From a virus (Duplodnaviria; Caudoviricetes): 64,000 nucleotides of DNA. Below, piece after piece: positions 8,874-19,705 of the stretch (within the stretch, counting starts at the first letter, position 1; every line of letters starts with the position of its first letter). Location: IMG/VR virus record IMGVR_UViG_3300001580_000017, positions 1 to 64,000 of that record. One strand, written 5' to 3'. A program made the position numbers and the translations under genes. The notes below the pieces were generated by a model, which saw only the letters and a list, made by a program, of their open reading frames with translations, ran no database searches and was not told where the DNA came from.

Positions 8874-9746
8874 CTATTTTGCATAATTTAAAGGAACTTT
8901 ATCATAGCTCAATATTTTCAATGCTTGGATTCTATGATTTCCTTCTGAAATTTTTCCTTTTACAATGAATGGAGAATAAAACAAACCATTTTCTGCTATA
9001 CTTTTTAGAAAATGATAAAATTCTGCTAAGTACATATTACCAAATCTTGCTATTGGTTCACCATTTTTACCATATTCAACTGTAAAATTTCTTTTTTCAT
9101 TATTATATCCGGGAATAGAAAGAGCATCATCAATATCAACCCATTCATCTGGTTTAACTTTTAATTTCCATTCCGATATAGGCAAAGGATTTAAAGTTTG
9201 TTTAACATATCTCAAAAATTGATGCTTATCCATATTATTAAATTTATCATAGTCCTTGCTCCACTCATCATAAGAAACATATCCGTATTCATCAATAGAT
9301 TCTTTCATTAATTGTTTTTCATAATCTTGAGATTTTAACCAACTCATTTGTATAAATTTTATAGAATGATTGTTTTGTTCTGCTCTTTTAAATATTTGTT
9401 TTATATCCCAATTATATTCCATTTCAATTTCATTGTGACCGTAACTTTCTGCTAAGTATATATGTTTCGTATCTCCGTACTGCTGAATTAATATAAAATG
9501 TTCTATTGTATTACTCAAGTCATACATATCTTCAATCATCGGTAATATATTTTTACGAGCCAGATCATCATATATATCAGAATGAATTTTTTCGGTTGTA
9601 CACATAATCAATGTTCCGTCAACCAATATTACCCCTCTCGCATCTTCCGGTAATAAATTCCATTCTTTTGTTGTTCTCGGATTAACTATATAACCAAATG
9701 ATTCCAATAATTTCTTTTCATACAGTTTAATTAAAATCTTATTCAT
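8874..9746 (-). CDS. Putative internal protein with C-terminal ParB/Srx-like motif
   Basis: Leader ...KKLLES; ISEGNHRIQAL; N-domain resembles 22983..23462. Confidence 0.55.
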   Translation of the reverse strand: MNKILIKLYEKKLLESFGYIVNPRTTKEWNLLPEDARGVILVDGTLIMCTTEKIHSDIYDDLARKNILPMIEDMYDLSNTIEHFILIQQYGDTKHIYLAESYGHNEIEMEYNWDIKQIFKRAEQNNHSIKFIQMSWLKSQDYEKQLMKESIDEYGYVSYDEWSKDYDKFNNMDKHQFLRYVKQTLNPLPISEWKLKVKPDEWVDIDDALSIPGYNNEKRNFTVEYGKNGEPIARFGNMYLAEFYHFLKSIAENGLFYSPFIVKGKISEGNHRIQALKILSYDKVPLNYAK

Positions 9747-9749
9747 ACC

Positions 9750-11027
9750 CTACCACTTCATTATGTTATTATACTTATCGCTTTGTATTCCATCCGTGAT
9801 CAGTGTTAATTGCTGAGAATATGCCTTTGGTGTAAAGCTGTTTGTTATTCCTTTAATTAAATACTTCCCTGTATAAACTTCGTCAGGGGTGCTATATTCT
9901 TCATTCTCTTGGGTCACGGTCATTTGTGATGGTACCTCCATTGTTATGATTTGACCAAGCTTCCTATCTTCATATCCTTGAACAGTTGCAATACATTCAT
10001 ACATCATTGTGTTCATCTTCATTAATATAGTGTTCAAGTATCCCGTGTTAAATTGATTCTTATAATCACTCGTGGAATAAACCTGACTTATATTATTCTG
10101 ATAAACATTCAGCATATCCTCCGGAACATTTAAATAACCCGAAAGATGCTTATACATATTTTTCGTGTCATAAATATTTTTATTCGTTGTCACATACTGA
10201 TTTTTTTCCATGTCAAAATAAACCAAATTCGTTAGCGACATTCCATGTTGGATCATGTTGATATAATTCGGAACTCTAACAAAATGCAGTGTATAAATTT
10301 TATTCATATTTTTGTTCGTTGCCGTCAGACTATGATTTTCATTTATAATTGTCTGAGAACTATTATCAAAATATTTTGTGTTGGTATATTCACTTGTTCC
10401 ATTTTCAAATAAAGTCGGAAGTGTCACAAAATTTAATATTCCATTCATATCCTGATAGAACATGTAGCCCGATTTATTTTTATCTGAAACGGCATAATTT
10501 GAAATATCAGTAATAATTTTGATAGGTGACCATTGAGGAGAACAATAGGTTAATAAATTATTCAGAGAGGTGTCGAAGAATTTTGTTTTAACATCACATA
10601 AACGGCATAATTCCTGAGCAATATGTTGAAAACTTTTATTTGAAAACTGTTTGCTGATAGAAATATTGTAAGCATTTATTATATTCCCGGAAGTAAAATG
10701 AATTTCGAGATCACGGAACGGTCTTTTATTTAAATCAATTGGTGTCTGCAAGCTTTTAAATACATCAAAGGAATATGTTGTTACCGTATAATCAATATCT
10801 TCTTCTGTCTGTTTCTTTAGAGGAATAATCGGCTTATAAACCATGAGTTCAATTTTATCACCCTGTATCGGATTTAAAACCTGCCAACTGTCCCTGTCTG
10901 TTAATTTAATGTAACCTTGAAGTTGTGGATCAAATAAGTCCTGTGATATTCTGCACTCTGTATAATTAATTAGAGGAATATCAATTATGGTGTTATCTCT
11001 CTTTATGTATTTAATTCCTATTAGCAT
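9750..11027 (-). CDS. gp27: Baseplate hub protein, gp27-like
   Basis: SPQWSPIKII, YMFYQDMNGILNF, RKLGQII, YTGKYLIKGITNSF motifs. Confidence 0.7.
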   Translation of the reverse strand: MLIGIKYIKRDNTIIDIPLINYTECRISQDLFDPQLQGYIKLTDRDSWQVLNPIQGDKIELMVYKPIIPLKKQTEEDIDYTVTTYSFDVFKSLQTPIDLNKRPFRDLEIHFTSGNIINAYNISISKQFSNKSFQHIAQELCRLCDVKTKFFDTSLNNLLTYCSPQWSPIKIITDISNYAVSDKNKSGYMFYQDMNGILNFVTLPTLFENGTSEYTNTKYFDNSSQTIINENHSLTATNKNMNKIYTLHFVRVPNYINMIQHGMSLTNLVYFDMEKNQYVTTNKNIYDTKNMYKHLSGYLNVPEDMLNVYQNNISQVYSTSDYKNQFNTGYLNTILMKMNTMMYECIATVQGYEDRKLGQIITMEVPSQMTVTQENEEYSTPDEVYTGKYLIKGITNSFTPKAYSQQLTLITDGIQSDKYNNIMKW

Positions 11028-11028
11028 T

Positions 11029-12237
11029 TTATAACCGGTCTTTTAATTGTTTCATACAGTCCTTTGCTTCTTGTTTAGTGACCACCTTTATCATATCACT
11101 TCTGCTCACCCACCACAATTCTTCATAATCTCCATCATCGGTGTAAAAAGTTTTGGTATATAAATCATTCAGGGTTTTGCAATTTAAATCTTTTAAACAT
11201 TTATCGGTATTTCTTTTATCTTCATATATTACGTCATCATCGTCATCATCTGATTTAACTATATCCAATCTCGTTCTACTTAAATTATCATCAACATGTT
11301 TTACAACTGTATAAAAATCTATATATGGATATTTTTCTTTTAATTTTTCGTATTCCTTTTTTAGCCAATGAAGAAGTTTTTTAAATTTGGGATTTTCTAC
11401 AGTTTCTTTTCGGATTTTAATTAAATTTACATCCATTGTGATCTGATGTTTCTTGTTCACAAAGGTCAATGCAATATCATCAGATTTATAATAACCTGAT
11501 GTGGAATCATCGTAACCGTAATCAACTATATACATTTTATTGTTCCAAATTCCCCACTGTGATTCTCTGCCGATATCTCTACCGCGTATTCCTGTTCTAT
11601 CCATCAAGTCTATAAATTTTCCAATGTTATCGTGTACTTGCAAAAATTTTTCGGTTACTTCTTGTTTATTATTTTGTATATATATTCTTTGATTTCCATA
11701 TGTTTGTTTTAAATTATCATACAGCAAATTGCATGTTCCGAACATATCTATTAATTTTCTATCAAATTCTCCTCCACTCGGTTCAGGAGCAAATGGCATC
11801 TGAATCCAATTTGAAAGATTATTATCTCCCCAAGTTAAACCTTTATTATTTTCACTGTCATCTATAATAGGAAGAAAAAATTCACTATCTCCGAATTTTC
11901 TCCAGAAGTTTAATTCCGCTTTGTTCTGTGCTATTCCTTCTCCGTTCAATGCAAGTTTAATTACGGTAGTCACTTTATCTCTCTCGGCATTATATTCAAG
12001 ATCATATTTCTGTAATATTTCCGGTTTGAATTGTGAAACATCAACCATAACCTTAACAGCCATTCGAGATGATCCGCTTGCAATATAGTAGCCCATATCT
12101 TTTAATTTCTTTTTTAATTCATCAACTGATAATTCATAAGAACCAATGTGTTGTGGATCAAGAGCATCGGGATTATATTCTTTTGGGAGAGGAGTTTCGG
12201 TTAAAGAGAGGTATTTGTTTAGTAGGGTTTTATTCAT
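11029..12237 (-). CDS. Protein-kinase-like protein with internal-protein leader
   Basis: ASGSSRMA, VIKLA, QNKAE, RDI...QWG, IVDYGY in kinase order; leader ...YLSLTET. Confidence 0.6.
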   Translation of the reverse strand: MNKTLLNKYLSLTETPLPKEYNPDALDPQHIGSYELSVDELKKKLKDMGYYIASGSSRMAVKVMVDVSQFKPEILQKYDLEYNAERDKVTTVIKLALNGEGIAQNKAELNFWRKFGDSEFFLPIIDDSENNKGLTWGDNNLSNWIQMPFAPEPSGGEFDRKLIDMFGTCNLLYDNLKQTYGNQRIYIQNNKQEVTEKFLQVHDNIGKFIDLMDRTGIRGRDIGRESQWGIWNNKMYIVDYGYDDSTSGYYKSDDIALTFVNKKHQITMDVNLIKIRKETVENPKFKKLLHWLKKEYEKLKEKYPYIDFYTVVKHVDDNLSRTRLDIVKSDDDDDDVIYEDKRNTDKCLKDLNCKTLNDLYTKTFYTDDGDYEELWWVSRSDMIKVVTKQEAKDCMKQLKDRL

Positions 12238-12268
12238 TGGAGTATCTCCGACATCATAATATTACACT

Positions 12269-12276
12269 TATTTATA
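12269..12276 (-). promoter_or_regulatory. T4-type late promoter TATAAATA
   Basis: Exact octamer upstream of 12237. Confidence 0.8.
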
Positions 12277-12334
12277 ATTTTGAACGAATAAATAACCAAT
12301 TTTTGTTAATTACTATATTTATTTGTTTTATTTT

Positions 12335-12342
12335 TATAAATA
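12335..12342 (+). promoter_or_regulatory. T4-type late promoter TATAAATA upstream of tnpB-1
   Basis: Exact octamer 7 nt before the ATG. Confidence 0.7.
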
Positions 12343-12348
12343 TATTAT

Positions 12349-13739
12349 ATGAAGACAATTAAACTGCCGCACATAATGAGCAAAGAAAATAATGATCTTT
12401 TGTGTAAATATAGAAGAGAACAATCTTCAGCAATTCGTTTTTCTTTTAATAGATTGGCAGAAAATAAAACCGACAAAGAAATTAGATCATTAATTAAATC
12501 ACTAAATTATAATCATATAGATTCATGGCTCAGTGTATGTTCTATTTTGAAAGCCAAACAATTTTATTCTACAGCAAAACAGCAAAAACAAAACAAAGTT
12601 ATTTTTGCTCGTTCCTCGTTTATAGAATTAAATGCTAAAAAAATAACAAAAGAAGAATTTAAACAAAAAAGACTGTTTAATTTGTGTATAGATGGTGAGG
12701 CTCTGTACAAAGGAAACAGAAAAGTTAATTTAAACATAGAAAAAAATAATTCTATAACTATAAAATTATCAAAAAAAGACCACATAGAAATAAAATTACC
12801 GAAATTAAAGAAATCTTTCAAAAGACAGTTATTATTATTATTAGAAAAGTTGGCAAATAACAAAATAATTCCTTTTAAAATAGAGTTAAATGAAAATTTT
12901 ATTTATTTTTCTTTTGAGTCAAACGAAATACAACGAAAGAAAAATATGCTAAAAAAGCCGCGACAAAAACGGAAATTAGAAAAAAAATTAATGATGAGTT
13001 AAAACTAATAGAAAGTCATCAATCAAAATTTATACTCGGTATAGATATGAATCCAAATTATATTGGATTATCGGTTCTAAAATTCTATAACCCAAATGAT
13101 AAAGATAGTTTTAAAATTATAGAAAAACAAGTCATAGAATTTACGGAATTAAATCAAAGAAAAAATAAAACATCAACAGAAAATATTTCCATAAATAATA
13201 AGAAAAAATTTGAAATTATTCAAGTAGTTCATAAAATAATTAAATTGGCAAAACATTATAATTGTTCTAAGATTGCAATAGAAGACCTTAATATAAAATG
13301 TGGTGATAGCAGAAAAGGAAAGAACTTTAACAGATTTTGTAATAATATTTGGCACAGGGAATTATTCATAAACAAACTAAAAATGTTGTGTACAGAATTT
13401 GGTATAGAATTAGTGGAAGTTAATCCTGTATATAGTTCTACTATAGGCAATATAAATTATGGAAATGAATATACACCCGATATGGTAGCTTCAAGTATTG
13501 AAGTTGCTCGTAGAGGATTTAATAAATATATAAAAGGATGGTTCTACCCAAAACTGATGATTAGAAATAAGCTAAACCAATGGAAGGAAGAGGTTGATTT
13601 TAGTCGGGGTTGGGTTGCTATCCACGAACAAATTAAAAAATCTAAAGTGAAATATAGGTTTCCTCTTGTTCCTGAGTTATTCCGTGAGGTTTTTAGAAAT
13701 AGTTCTGCAAAGAGTAAAGTTTTGGTTTATAAAACTTAA
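12349..13739 (+). mobile_element. tnpB: TnpB-related RuvC nuclease gene (no Zn finger), split by a -1 frameshift
   Basis: ORFs 12349..13002 and 13047..13739; the -1 frame gives ILGIDMNPNYIG, IAIEDL, VNPVYSSTIGN, DMVASSIEVARR; A AAA AAG at about 12950. Confidence 0.8.
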
Positions 13740-13753
13740 ATAGATTTGTATGA

Positions 13754-15094
13754 TTATTTTATTTTAAACTCGCCCATCGCTATAAATTCACCCATTGCTG
13801 TGTTTATATCTCCAAAGAATTGTTTGATGTCGCTATAGTTCCAGTAATCTTTCTTTGGATTCAGTGTCAGACCATATTTAATTATCCGGTGTAAATAATT
13901 TTTAAAAGAATTAAATCCAAACATTATTTCAGAAGCAACTTGAAAATCTGCGGGACTGTTTCCACTTGATTTTAATTTCGGCAAGAATACATCTTTTATT
14001 TTCGTTCCAATTTCTATTCCACTATCACTCATATACAGTAATTGATTTGGATAAGCATCTTTTAGAAACCAATTTACAACTGATATAGATTTTTTAATAA
14101 ATTTATCCACTTTCTTTTCAAATGAAGGATGTTCAATATCGGTATTTAAAATATCCAAATTCAATTCATTTAATTCTTTTAATTTATCAACCAGCATTTT
14201 TCCATTTGGTGCAAGAGTTCCCATTGGATAATCAATTTCCCCGGTATCAACAAATGTTTTAATATCAACTGCCATTCTCGTCTGTGTATCATTTATCATA
14301 ATACTTGGATCAGGATTATAACCTTCATCCATCAAACTTTTAAATATCTGTCTGTAAATAGGAATATCTTTCTTTTCATAGATGTAATTGTTTCCCCAAA
14401 GAAATAAATGGAAGTAACCATTTGCAACTTTTAAATCATATAATAGATCATATCCGGTGTGGTGTTCATCTCCTCGTGCAATTGGAATAAATGTTTTATT
14501 TTTTAAGTTAAACATTATATAACCAACTTCTTGGAATTTTCCTTTATTACTCGGATCGGTGTTATTTGCTATAAGAACTTTTGCTTCCCATTTTCTGGTA
14601 TCGTTCCAATCATCATTCATCTTATAGTCCAAAGGATTTACTTTTGGATCAAGTTTCCAGATTGATTTTGGAGAAGATTCTTTTAAATTCTTTTTATTTT
14701 CTTTCATTCCAACATATCCATCAATTTCAGTTAAACCTAATTCTGCCAAAGCATTTGCTCGGTGTGATCCATCTATAATATCATATTTTGTATATCCATT
14801 ATCACCCACAACTATCGGCAAATAATTTTTTGTTTTATTATACATTTTTATAAATTGTTCAACTTTAAAATCATCAAGACTAAATTCATCCAAATTTAAT
14901 TTATTTAATGGAATTTTTTGTTTTATAAAGTAATCATATTTATCGCAGTTGAAATTGCAATCTTCAATTTCTTCATCATCATAAACAGAATCGTGAATTG
15001 ATTCAATGTAGTCAGTTATTTCGCCGGGTTGTAATTTTTTTCCAATTGGTTCATCTTTTAATTCAACCGCTAAATCAATTTTCCAATTATTCAT
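13754..15094 (-). CDS. Two-domain late protein: ParB/Srx-like N-domain, LKES site, unknown C-domain
   Basis: LPIVV...IIDGSHRANAL. Confidence 0.6.
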   Translation of the reverse strand: MNNWKIDLAVELKDEPIGKKLQPGEITDYIESIHDSVYDDEEIEDCNFNCDKYDYFIKQKIPLNKLNLDEFSLDDFKVEQFIKMYNKTKNYLPIVVGDNGYTKYDIIDGSHRANALAELGLTEIDGYVGMKENKKNLKESSPKSIWKLDPKVNPLDYKMNDDWNDTRKWEAKVLIANNTDPSNKGKFQEVGYIMFNLKNKTFIPIARGDEHHTGYDLLYDLKVANGYFHLFLWGNNYIYEKKDIPIYRQIFKSLMDEGYNPDPSIMINDTQTRMAVDIKTFVDTGEIDYPMGTLAPNGKMLVDKLKELNELNLDILNTDIEHPSFEKKVDKFIKKSISVVNWFLKDAYPNQLLYMSDSGIEIGTKIKDVFLPKLKSSGNSPADFQVASEIMFGFNSFKNYLHRIIKYGLTLNPKKDYWNYSDIKQFFGDINTAMGEFIAMGEFKIK

Positions 15095-15551
15095 TGCTCT
15101 TATCCTTTAATGCTTTTAAAAAATTTGTAAGATACGAGGGACTAATTATTTTAATGTTTCTTCTGTTATTGTAATATTCAAACAGCATATTCTGATAACA
15201 TCTCAAAGAATATATATTGTATTCGGTGTACAAGGTATTCGCAAGTTCTAATATTTCTTTATCATTTAAAATCCAATCAAAAGGATTATTGATATCATTC
15301 AACATTAAAAATATCCACCAGAACTCAGTATTACCATATAAATTATAACTCAATTTATCCAACCTGCTGTCTTGGGGTACAATATAATCAATTATCCAAG
15401 CATTGTCAATCACATTCTTCCAGTTTTTCATCGAACTTAATTCTTTCATATTTAGAACTTGTGATTGATAGTAGTCGAATTTAATTCCATTCGTTTTATT
15501 ATATTCCGTCAGGTCTATTGTATTTTCTTTGAATAAATCGAAATAGTTCAT
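15087..15551 (-). CDS. gp53: Baseplate wedge protein, gp53-like
   Basis: RLDKLSYNLYGNTEFWWIFLMLNDINNPFDW. Confidence 0.9.
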   Translation of the reverse strand: MNYFDLFKENTIDLTEYNKTNGIKFDYYQSQVLNMKELSSMKNWKNVIDNAWIIDYIVPQDSRLDKLSYNLYGNTEFWWIFLMLNDINNPFDWILNDKEILELANTLYTEYNIYSLRCYQNMLFEYYNNRRNIKIISPSYLTNFLKALKDKSNE

Positions 15552-16462
15552 TATATCACCTTCGTTTGATCTTTTGATACTGTTTCTTTCGTTCCATAAT
15601 TCACAATATCCAAAGCACTTTTTATTATTCCACTATTATCATCACCCAATGATCCGGTTGGTCTAACCATAGAGTGCATAGATTTAAATACAAGGGATAA
15701 TTCATAACCAAAAGCATTTGCACCATTGTCATCTTTATAGAATGGTGTATCTGATCTACTGCTATCATATATAAATTTAGCATTGATAGATACTAAATTC
15801 ATCCACGTATATTCCCTCATTAAAGAAAGATATGTTGATTGTTTTGTATAGTAACCAATATCAAAAATTAAAGGAGATTGCAAAATTGGATAAGCTTCAA
15901 AATCTTCTATTTTTCCTCCGAGTCTTTGTGGCAATCCTGCATATTTAAAAACATTTACGAGTAGAGATATTTTTTCTGCTTCATCTTTATCGTTTGGCAG
16001 TAAAGTAAAATTTAAAGTTTGATTTAAAAAGTCTGGTTCGCTATAAACATTAACCATACGCGGATCAACATATGCATCTAATCCTATACTACCTTGGTCT
16101 TTTATTGTTTTGTATGCTTGGTTTAGTCCCGTTCCCGTTGATATACCTTCTAATACGGTGTCAAGTCCACCCATCAATGCCTCACTTGCAGTACGAAACC
16201 ATCCCTGAGTTCGAGCATTATCATCAAATATTGCTCCAGTTAATCCTAATGTTTTTAATCCTTTATATTGCGGAGCATTTGAATAATTCGTATCTTTCGG
16301 AATGTGAGAAATAAAATGGAATCTATAAAGTTTATCAGCCATTTTCATATCTTCTGCATCTTTCTGTAGTTTAAATTTATAAGGAAAAGCAGATATAATA
16401 CAGTATGGAGAATTTCCGGTATCTATGTCACTTGGATATTTAAAAACATTATTTTTTGGCAT
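15551..16462 (-). CDS. gp48: Baseplate tail-tube cap, gp48-like
   Basis: FLNQTLNFTLLPNDKDEAEKI...FKYAGLP; position next to gp53. Confidence 0.75.
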   Translation of the reverse strand: MPKNNVFKYPSDIDTGNSPYCIISAFPYKFKLQKDAEDMKMADKLYRFHFISHIPKDTNYSNAPQYKGLKTLGLTGAIFDDNARTQGWFRTASEALMGGLDTVLEGISTGTGLNQAYKTIKDQGSIGLDAYVDPRMVNVYSEPDFLNQTLNFTLLPNDKDEAEKISLLVNVFKYAGLPQRLGGKIEDFEAYPILQSPLIFDIGYYTKQSTYLSLMREYTWMNLVSINAKFIYDSSRSDTPFYKDDNGANAFGYELSLVFKSMHSMVRPTGSLGDDNSGIIKSALDIVNYGTKETVSKDQTKVI

Positions 16463-16471
16463 ATTATTCCT

Positions 16472-18772
16472 TTATGCAAATTTAGGAAAATCTTTATCGT
16501 AAGGAACGGGAACATAAACAACTTTTACATTTCCATTACTTCCGATATTATTTATAGTATTGTTCAACATTGATACCTGCTGTTGAGATTTTTCATTCTT
16601 TTTTATTGCTGTATTTTTTTCCCATACCGAAACAGTTGCAACATATAATTCAAGAACAGTCTTTTTTATTTCATTTGGATCAATGTAGCTTGTTTCGGTT
16701 TTTAATTCTTTAAAAGCTTCCTTTAAAGATTTTATGAGGCTTTTATTACTGCTATCTTTATTTCCGGGAAGATTAGTTCCAATTACAACAAGATCATCTT
16801 TATCATAAGGAGTTACTTTATCACCATGAACAATTGCATCTTTGACTGTTGATCCGACTGATGGAACTTGAACCGGTGGCGGTGTTTTTGCTGAATTTGC
16901 CTCTCTTTCTCTTTTCCACTGTTCTTTTGATTTGGTTGGTTTTTTTAATTTTCCCTTGCTGTCAACGCCAGTTCTTATTATTTCTTGCATATCAGCATTA
17001 GCATCTGTGTATTTTATAGCAGCACCCTCTCCACCACTCATATCCCAAGTAGTATCCGTGGCTTCGTATTCTTTTGCGGCTTCATCTAATTGTGCTTTTG
17101 CTTGATCCACCAAATAAAGTTGTTCTTCAGAAAATTTGGAATAATCAACTGGTTCATCATTGCCAAATAAATTAAATGCATCTCTAATTACATCATATAT
17201 TGAATAGACTGTTCCGCCCAATATACCAACAGCCGTTCCTACTGTTGCTATACTTCCAGCAATTGCAGTTAATGGGGGCAAAAATTTCTTCATCAGCGGT
17301 TCAAGGGCTTTATATATAAGCAAATCATCAACAATGCTATTATTCTGAGAACCTTTTATATCATTTAATTTATCCAATAATAAAGAATTATCAGAAGAAG
17401 TTTTTTCAACTGTTTTGCCCGTTCCCTTTTCGCCTTTTTCTTTTCTTTGTAAATCTAAATCTTCATCTCTTTCCGTGTTGTATTTGAAAATATCTGTTAT
17501 TATTTTCTTTATATCAAATATATCCTTTCTCATTGCTAAGGTATGAATCAACATCGGGTCTTTCTTACTATCCTTTCCGACACCAAACATTCTTTGTAAA
17601 GCATTCATCCAATCAGAAGAATTTGATTTATTTCCTTCTGGAGTAAACACTTTGTTGTTTTTTACTATTTCTATTCCGTTTTCACCAACAATAGTTGCTT
17701 CATTCGGATTTATATCTCCGCCGTATTTTTTTGCTGGTGCAGTTTTGGCAGTTTTCTTATTCTGAGATTGGTCATATATATCAGTCCAAGATTTTTCTGT
17801 AAGTATTCCTTTATTAGATGCTATACTCTTGCTTGTGTTTGTTCGCATCCGGCTTTCAAAATCCAGCAACTCCCGTTCAAGCGAAGCTTCATCTAATCCT
17901 TGTGTTTCGAGTTCTTCTTTATATTTCTCGGTGTAGGTATCAATCATTGTTTCGTGGATAGGTAACACTTCGCCTCTGCCCATCTTTCTGCTCGTGAATT
18001 TCCTCATCCGTGTTCCGAGTTGTTCACCCCAAGAACCAAGTGCTTTATTTATTCCGAATATTCCTCCACTCTTTGAAAGAATTTGTTGGAATGATTGTTT
18101 CCCTTCTTCCTTTCTCTGATCCTTGAGGAAGCGATCAATCATTTTGTTTATGTCACCAGTTGATTTACCTGTTACATCTATTCCGAGTTTTATTCCAATT
18201 TTAGTTTTTAATTCTCTATCTGTTATATTAGCAGATGCTTCTTGATGTTGTGATAGTTTTTCATCAAGTTCTATTAATTTATTGACATCAACATCTCCAG
18301 TTTTTTTATCAACAACAATAACAGATTTTCTTTTATCTTCAATATCTTTTAATTGTTTTAATTCTTTTTTTACTTTATCTTGTAATCTTTTTAAATCAGT
18401 CTTTTTTCCCCAGTCAAGTTTAACATTAGTATTTTTTATTTCTTGTTCAAGTTTTTCTATGACAGCATGATATTTTTTAAATTCTTCATCAATACTATCA
18501 GTGGTTTTATCAAATTCATTTTTTAATATGTATATCCGATGTTCTATGGATCGGAGAATTGATGTTTTATATGTTTCTCTGCGTTTTTTTGCTTCGGTTT
18601 CATCAAATCCCATAAGCTTGAGATACAAGTTGATCTTTTTCATACCATCAGTATATATTATATCAACTTCTTTTAGAGTTTTTGCTTCTTTTATGCGTTT
18701 TTCAATTAAGTCTTTATCTTTTTTAAAGTCCCAAGTTCTTTTATATTTTTCCGATGGTGTTAATTCTGCCAT
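16472..18772 (-). CDS. Tape-measure/baseplate hub protein, gp29-like
   Basis: 766 aa, coiled-coil; YGGDI...IVGENGIE motif; lies between gp51 and gp48. Confidence 0.65.
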   Translation of the reverse strand: MAELTPSEKYKRTWDFKKDKDLIEKRIKEAKTLKEVDIIYTDGMKKINLYLKLMGFDETEAKKRRETYKTSILRSIEHRIYILKNEFDKTTDSIDEEFKKYHAVIEKLEQEIKNTNVKLDWGKKTDLKRLQDKVKKELKQLKDIEDKRKSVIVVDKKTGDVDVNKLIELDEKLSQHQEASANITDRELKTKIGIKLGIDVTGKSTGDINKMIDRFLKDQRKEEGKQSFQQILSKSGGIFGINKALGSWGEQLGTRMRKFTSRKMGRGEVLPIHETMIDTYTEKYKEELETQGLDEASLERELLDFESRMRTNTSKSIASNKGILTEKSWTDIYDQSQNKKTAKTAPAKKYGGDINPNEATIVGENGIEIVKNNKVFTPEGNKSNSSDWMNALQRMFGVGKDSKKDPMLIHTLAMRKDIFDIKKIITDIFKYNTERDEDLDLQRKEKGEKGTGKTVEKTSSDNSLLLDKLNDIKGSQNNSIVDDLLIYKALEPLMKKFLPPLTAIAGSIATVGTAVGILGGTVYSIYDVIRDAFNLFGNDEPVDYSKFSEEQLYLVDQAKAQLDEAAKEYEATDTTWDMSGGEGAAIKYTDANADMQEIIRTGVDSKGKLKKPTKSKEQWKREREANSAKTPPPVQVPSVGSTVKDAIVHGDKVTPYDKDDLVVIGTNLPGNKDSSNKSLIKSLKEAFKELKTETSYIDPNEIKKTVLELYVATVSVWEKNTAIKKNEKSQQQVSMLNNTINNIGSNGNVKVVYVPVPYDKDFPKFA

Positions 18773-18774
18773 AT

Positions 18775-18933
18775 CTACTCCGCTTGTTCATTCTGGATAC
18801 TGTTCGTGGTCATCATATACTCAATGTCAAATTCATAAGGAAACATATTATCTATTTCCGCGTGACTGTATCCGGCATGTTTCTTCATAACGAACCGTCT
18901 TTGTGTGAATTGTTCCAAAGTTAAATCAGTCAC
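18775..18933 (-). CDS. gp51: Baseplate hub assembly catalyst, gp51-like (52 aa, GTG start; not in ORF track)
   Basis: ...MKKHAGYSHAEIDNMFPYEFDIEY; GTG overlaps the gp26 TGA. Confidence 0.8.
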   Translation of the reverse strand: MTDLTLEQFTQRRFVMKKHAGYSHAEIDNMFPYEFDIEYMMTTNSIQNEQAE

Positions 18934-19682
18934 GCATTTACAAAAAAATACGGTTCATCCACAGTCAAAGGATATTCCTTGTTGCAATTCTTACAAGTTC
19001 TTTGATCTTCGATCCAGAATATTATTTTTTTATCACCCATGTATTTCAATAGTTGTTTATATTCCAAATCAGGATCAATGTTCTTGCCAATGAATTTTTT
19101 AATATCATCAATATCCACATCTTCATAAACAATATTTTTTATTACCAATTTTTTAATACTGTAGTGTAACATATCATTTGCTGTTTCAAAGAAGTTTTTA
19201 TCTTCCCTATCTTTAATTATTTCAAGTTCTTTGATATAAGGAATCTGTTGAAAAATTATTTTGTCTCCATTCGCTATTGTGTATTCATATTCTTCTTCAA
19301 AAGTGTCCGGATCATATTTGGTGTTATTCAGAATATTTATACTGTAAGCATCATATATCCAGTTGCAATGAGGACAGTAGTGAGGTCTGAATATACTTGG
19401 ATCATTTGACATGCTTCTGATAACACTCATCGCAAAAACAAAATCCGCCTTATGCATATTATCAACTGTGTTATGATCTTCCGGGTGAACACAAGCTTTG
19501 AATAATTTAAATGTTTCGATGTTCCTGTTGTATTCAGAATCTTGTGTGGTTATTGCGTGGAGATATTTTCTTATTTCCTGTGTCAAATACTTTCTCACTC
19601 TGATTATTTTTTTGGAAAACTTTAATTCCAAATCCTGATATGATTGATCATCTGTGTTAAATACTTCCTGTGGTAACTTCAT
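18930..19682 (-). CDS. gp26: Baseplate hub assembly protein, gp26-like
   Basis: MKLPQ...IRVRKYLTQE, CPHC, C-terminal CKNC; adjacent to gp51. Confidence 0.8.
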   Translation of the reverse strand: MKLPQEVFNTDDQSYQDLELKFSKKIIRVRKYLTQEIRKYLHAITTQDSEYNRNIETFKLFKACVHPEDHNTVDNMHKADFVFAMSVIRSMSNDPSIFRPHYCPHCNWIYDAYSINILNNTKYDPDTFEEEYEYTIANGDKIIFQQIPYIKELEIIKDREDKNFFETANDMLHYSIKKLVIKNIVYEDVDIDDIKKFIGKNIDPDLEYKQLLKYMGDKKIIFWIEDQRTCKNCNKEYPLTVDEPYFFVNA

Positions 19683-19705
19683 ATTAACTCCCTTTTGTTT
19701 TTATT

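Noticed and set aside
12238-12250. GGAG-ATA-CTCC hairpin over the kinase SD
   Set aside because: Only 4 bp with a 3-nt loop; too weak to claim
12349-13753. tnpB-1 as a Cas12f/Cas14 effector
   Set aside because: No repeat-spacer array seen near it or elsewhere in the window; only 14 nt separate it from the next gene
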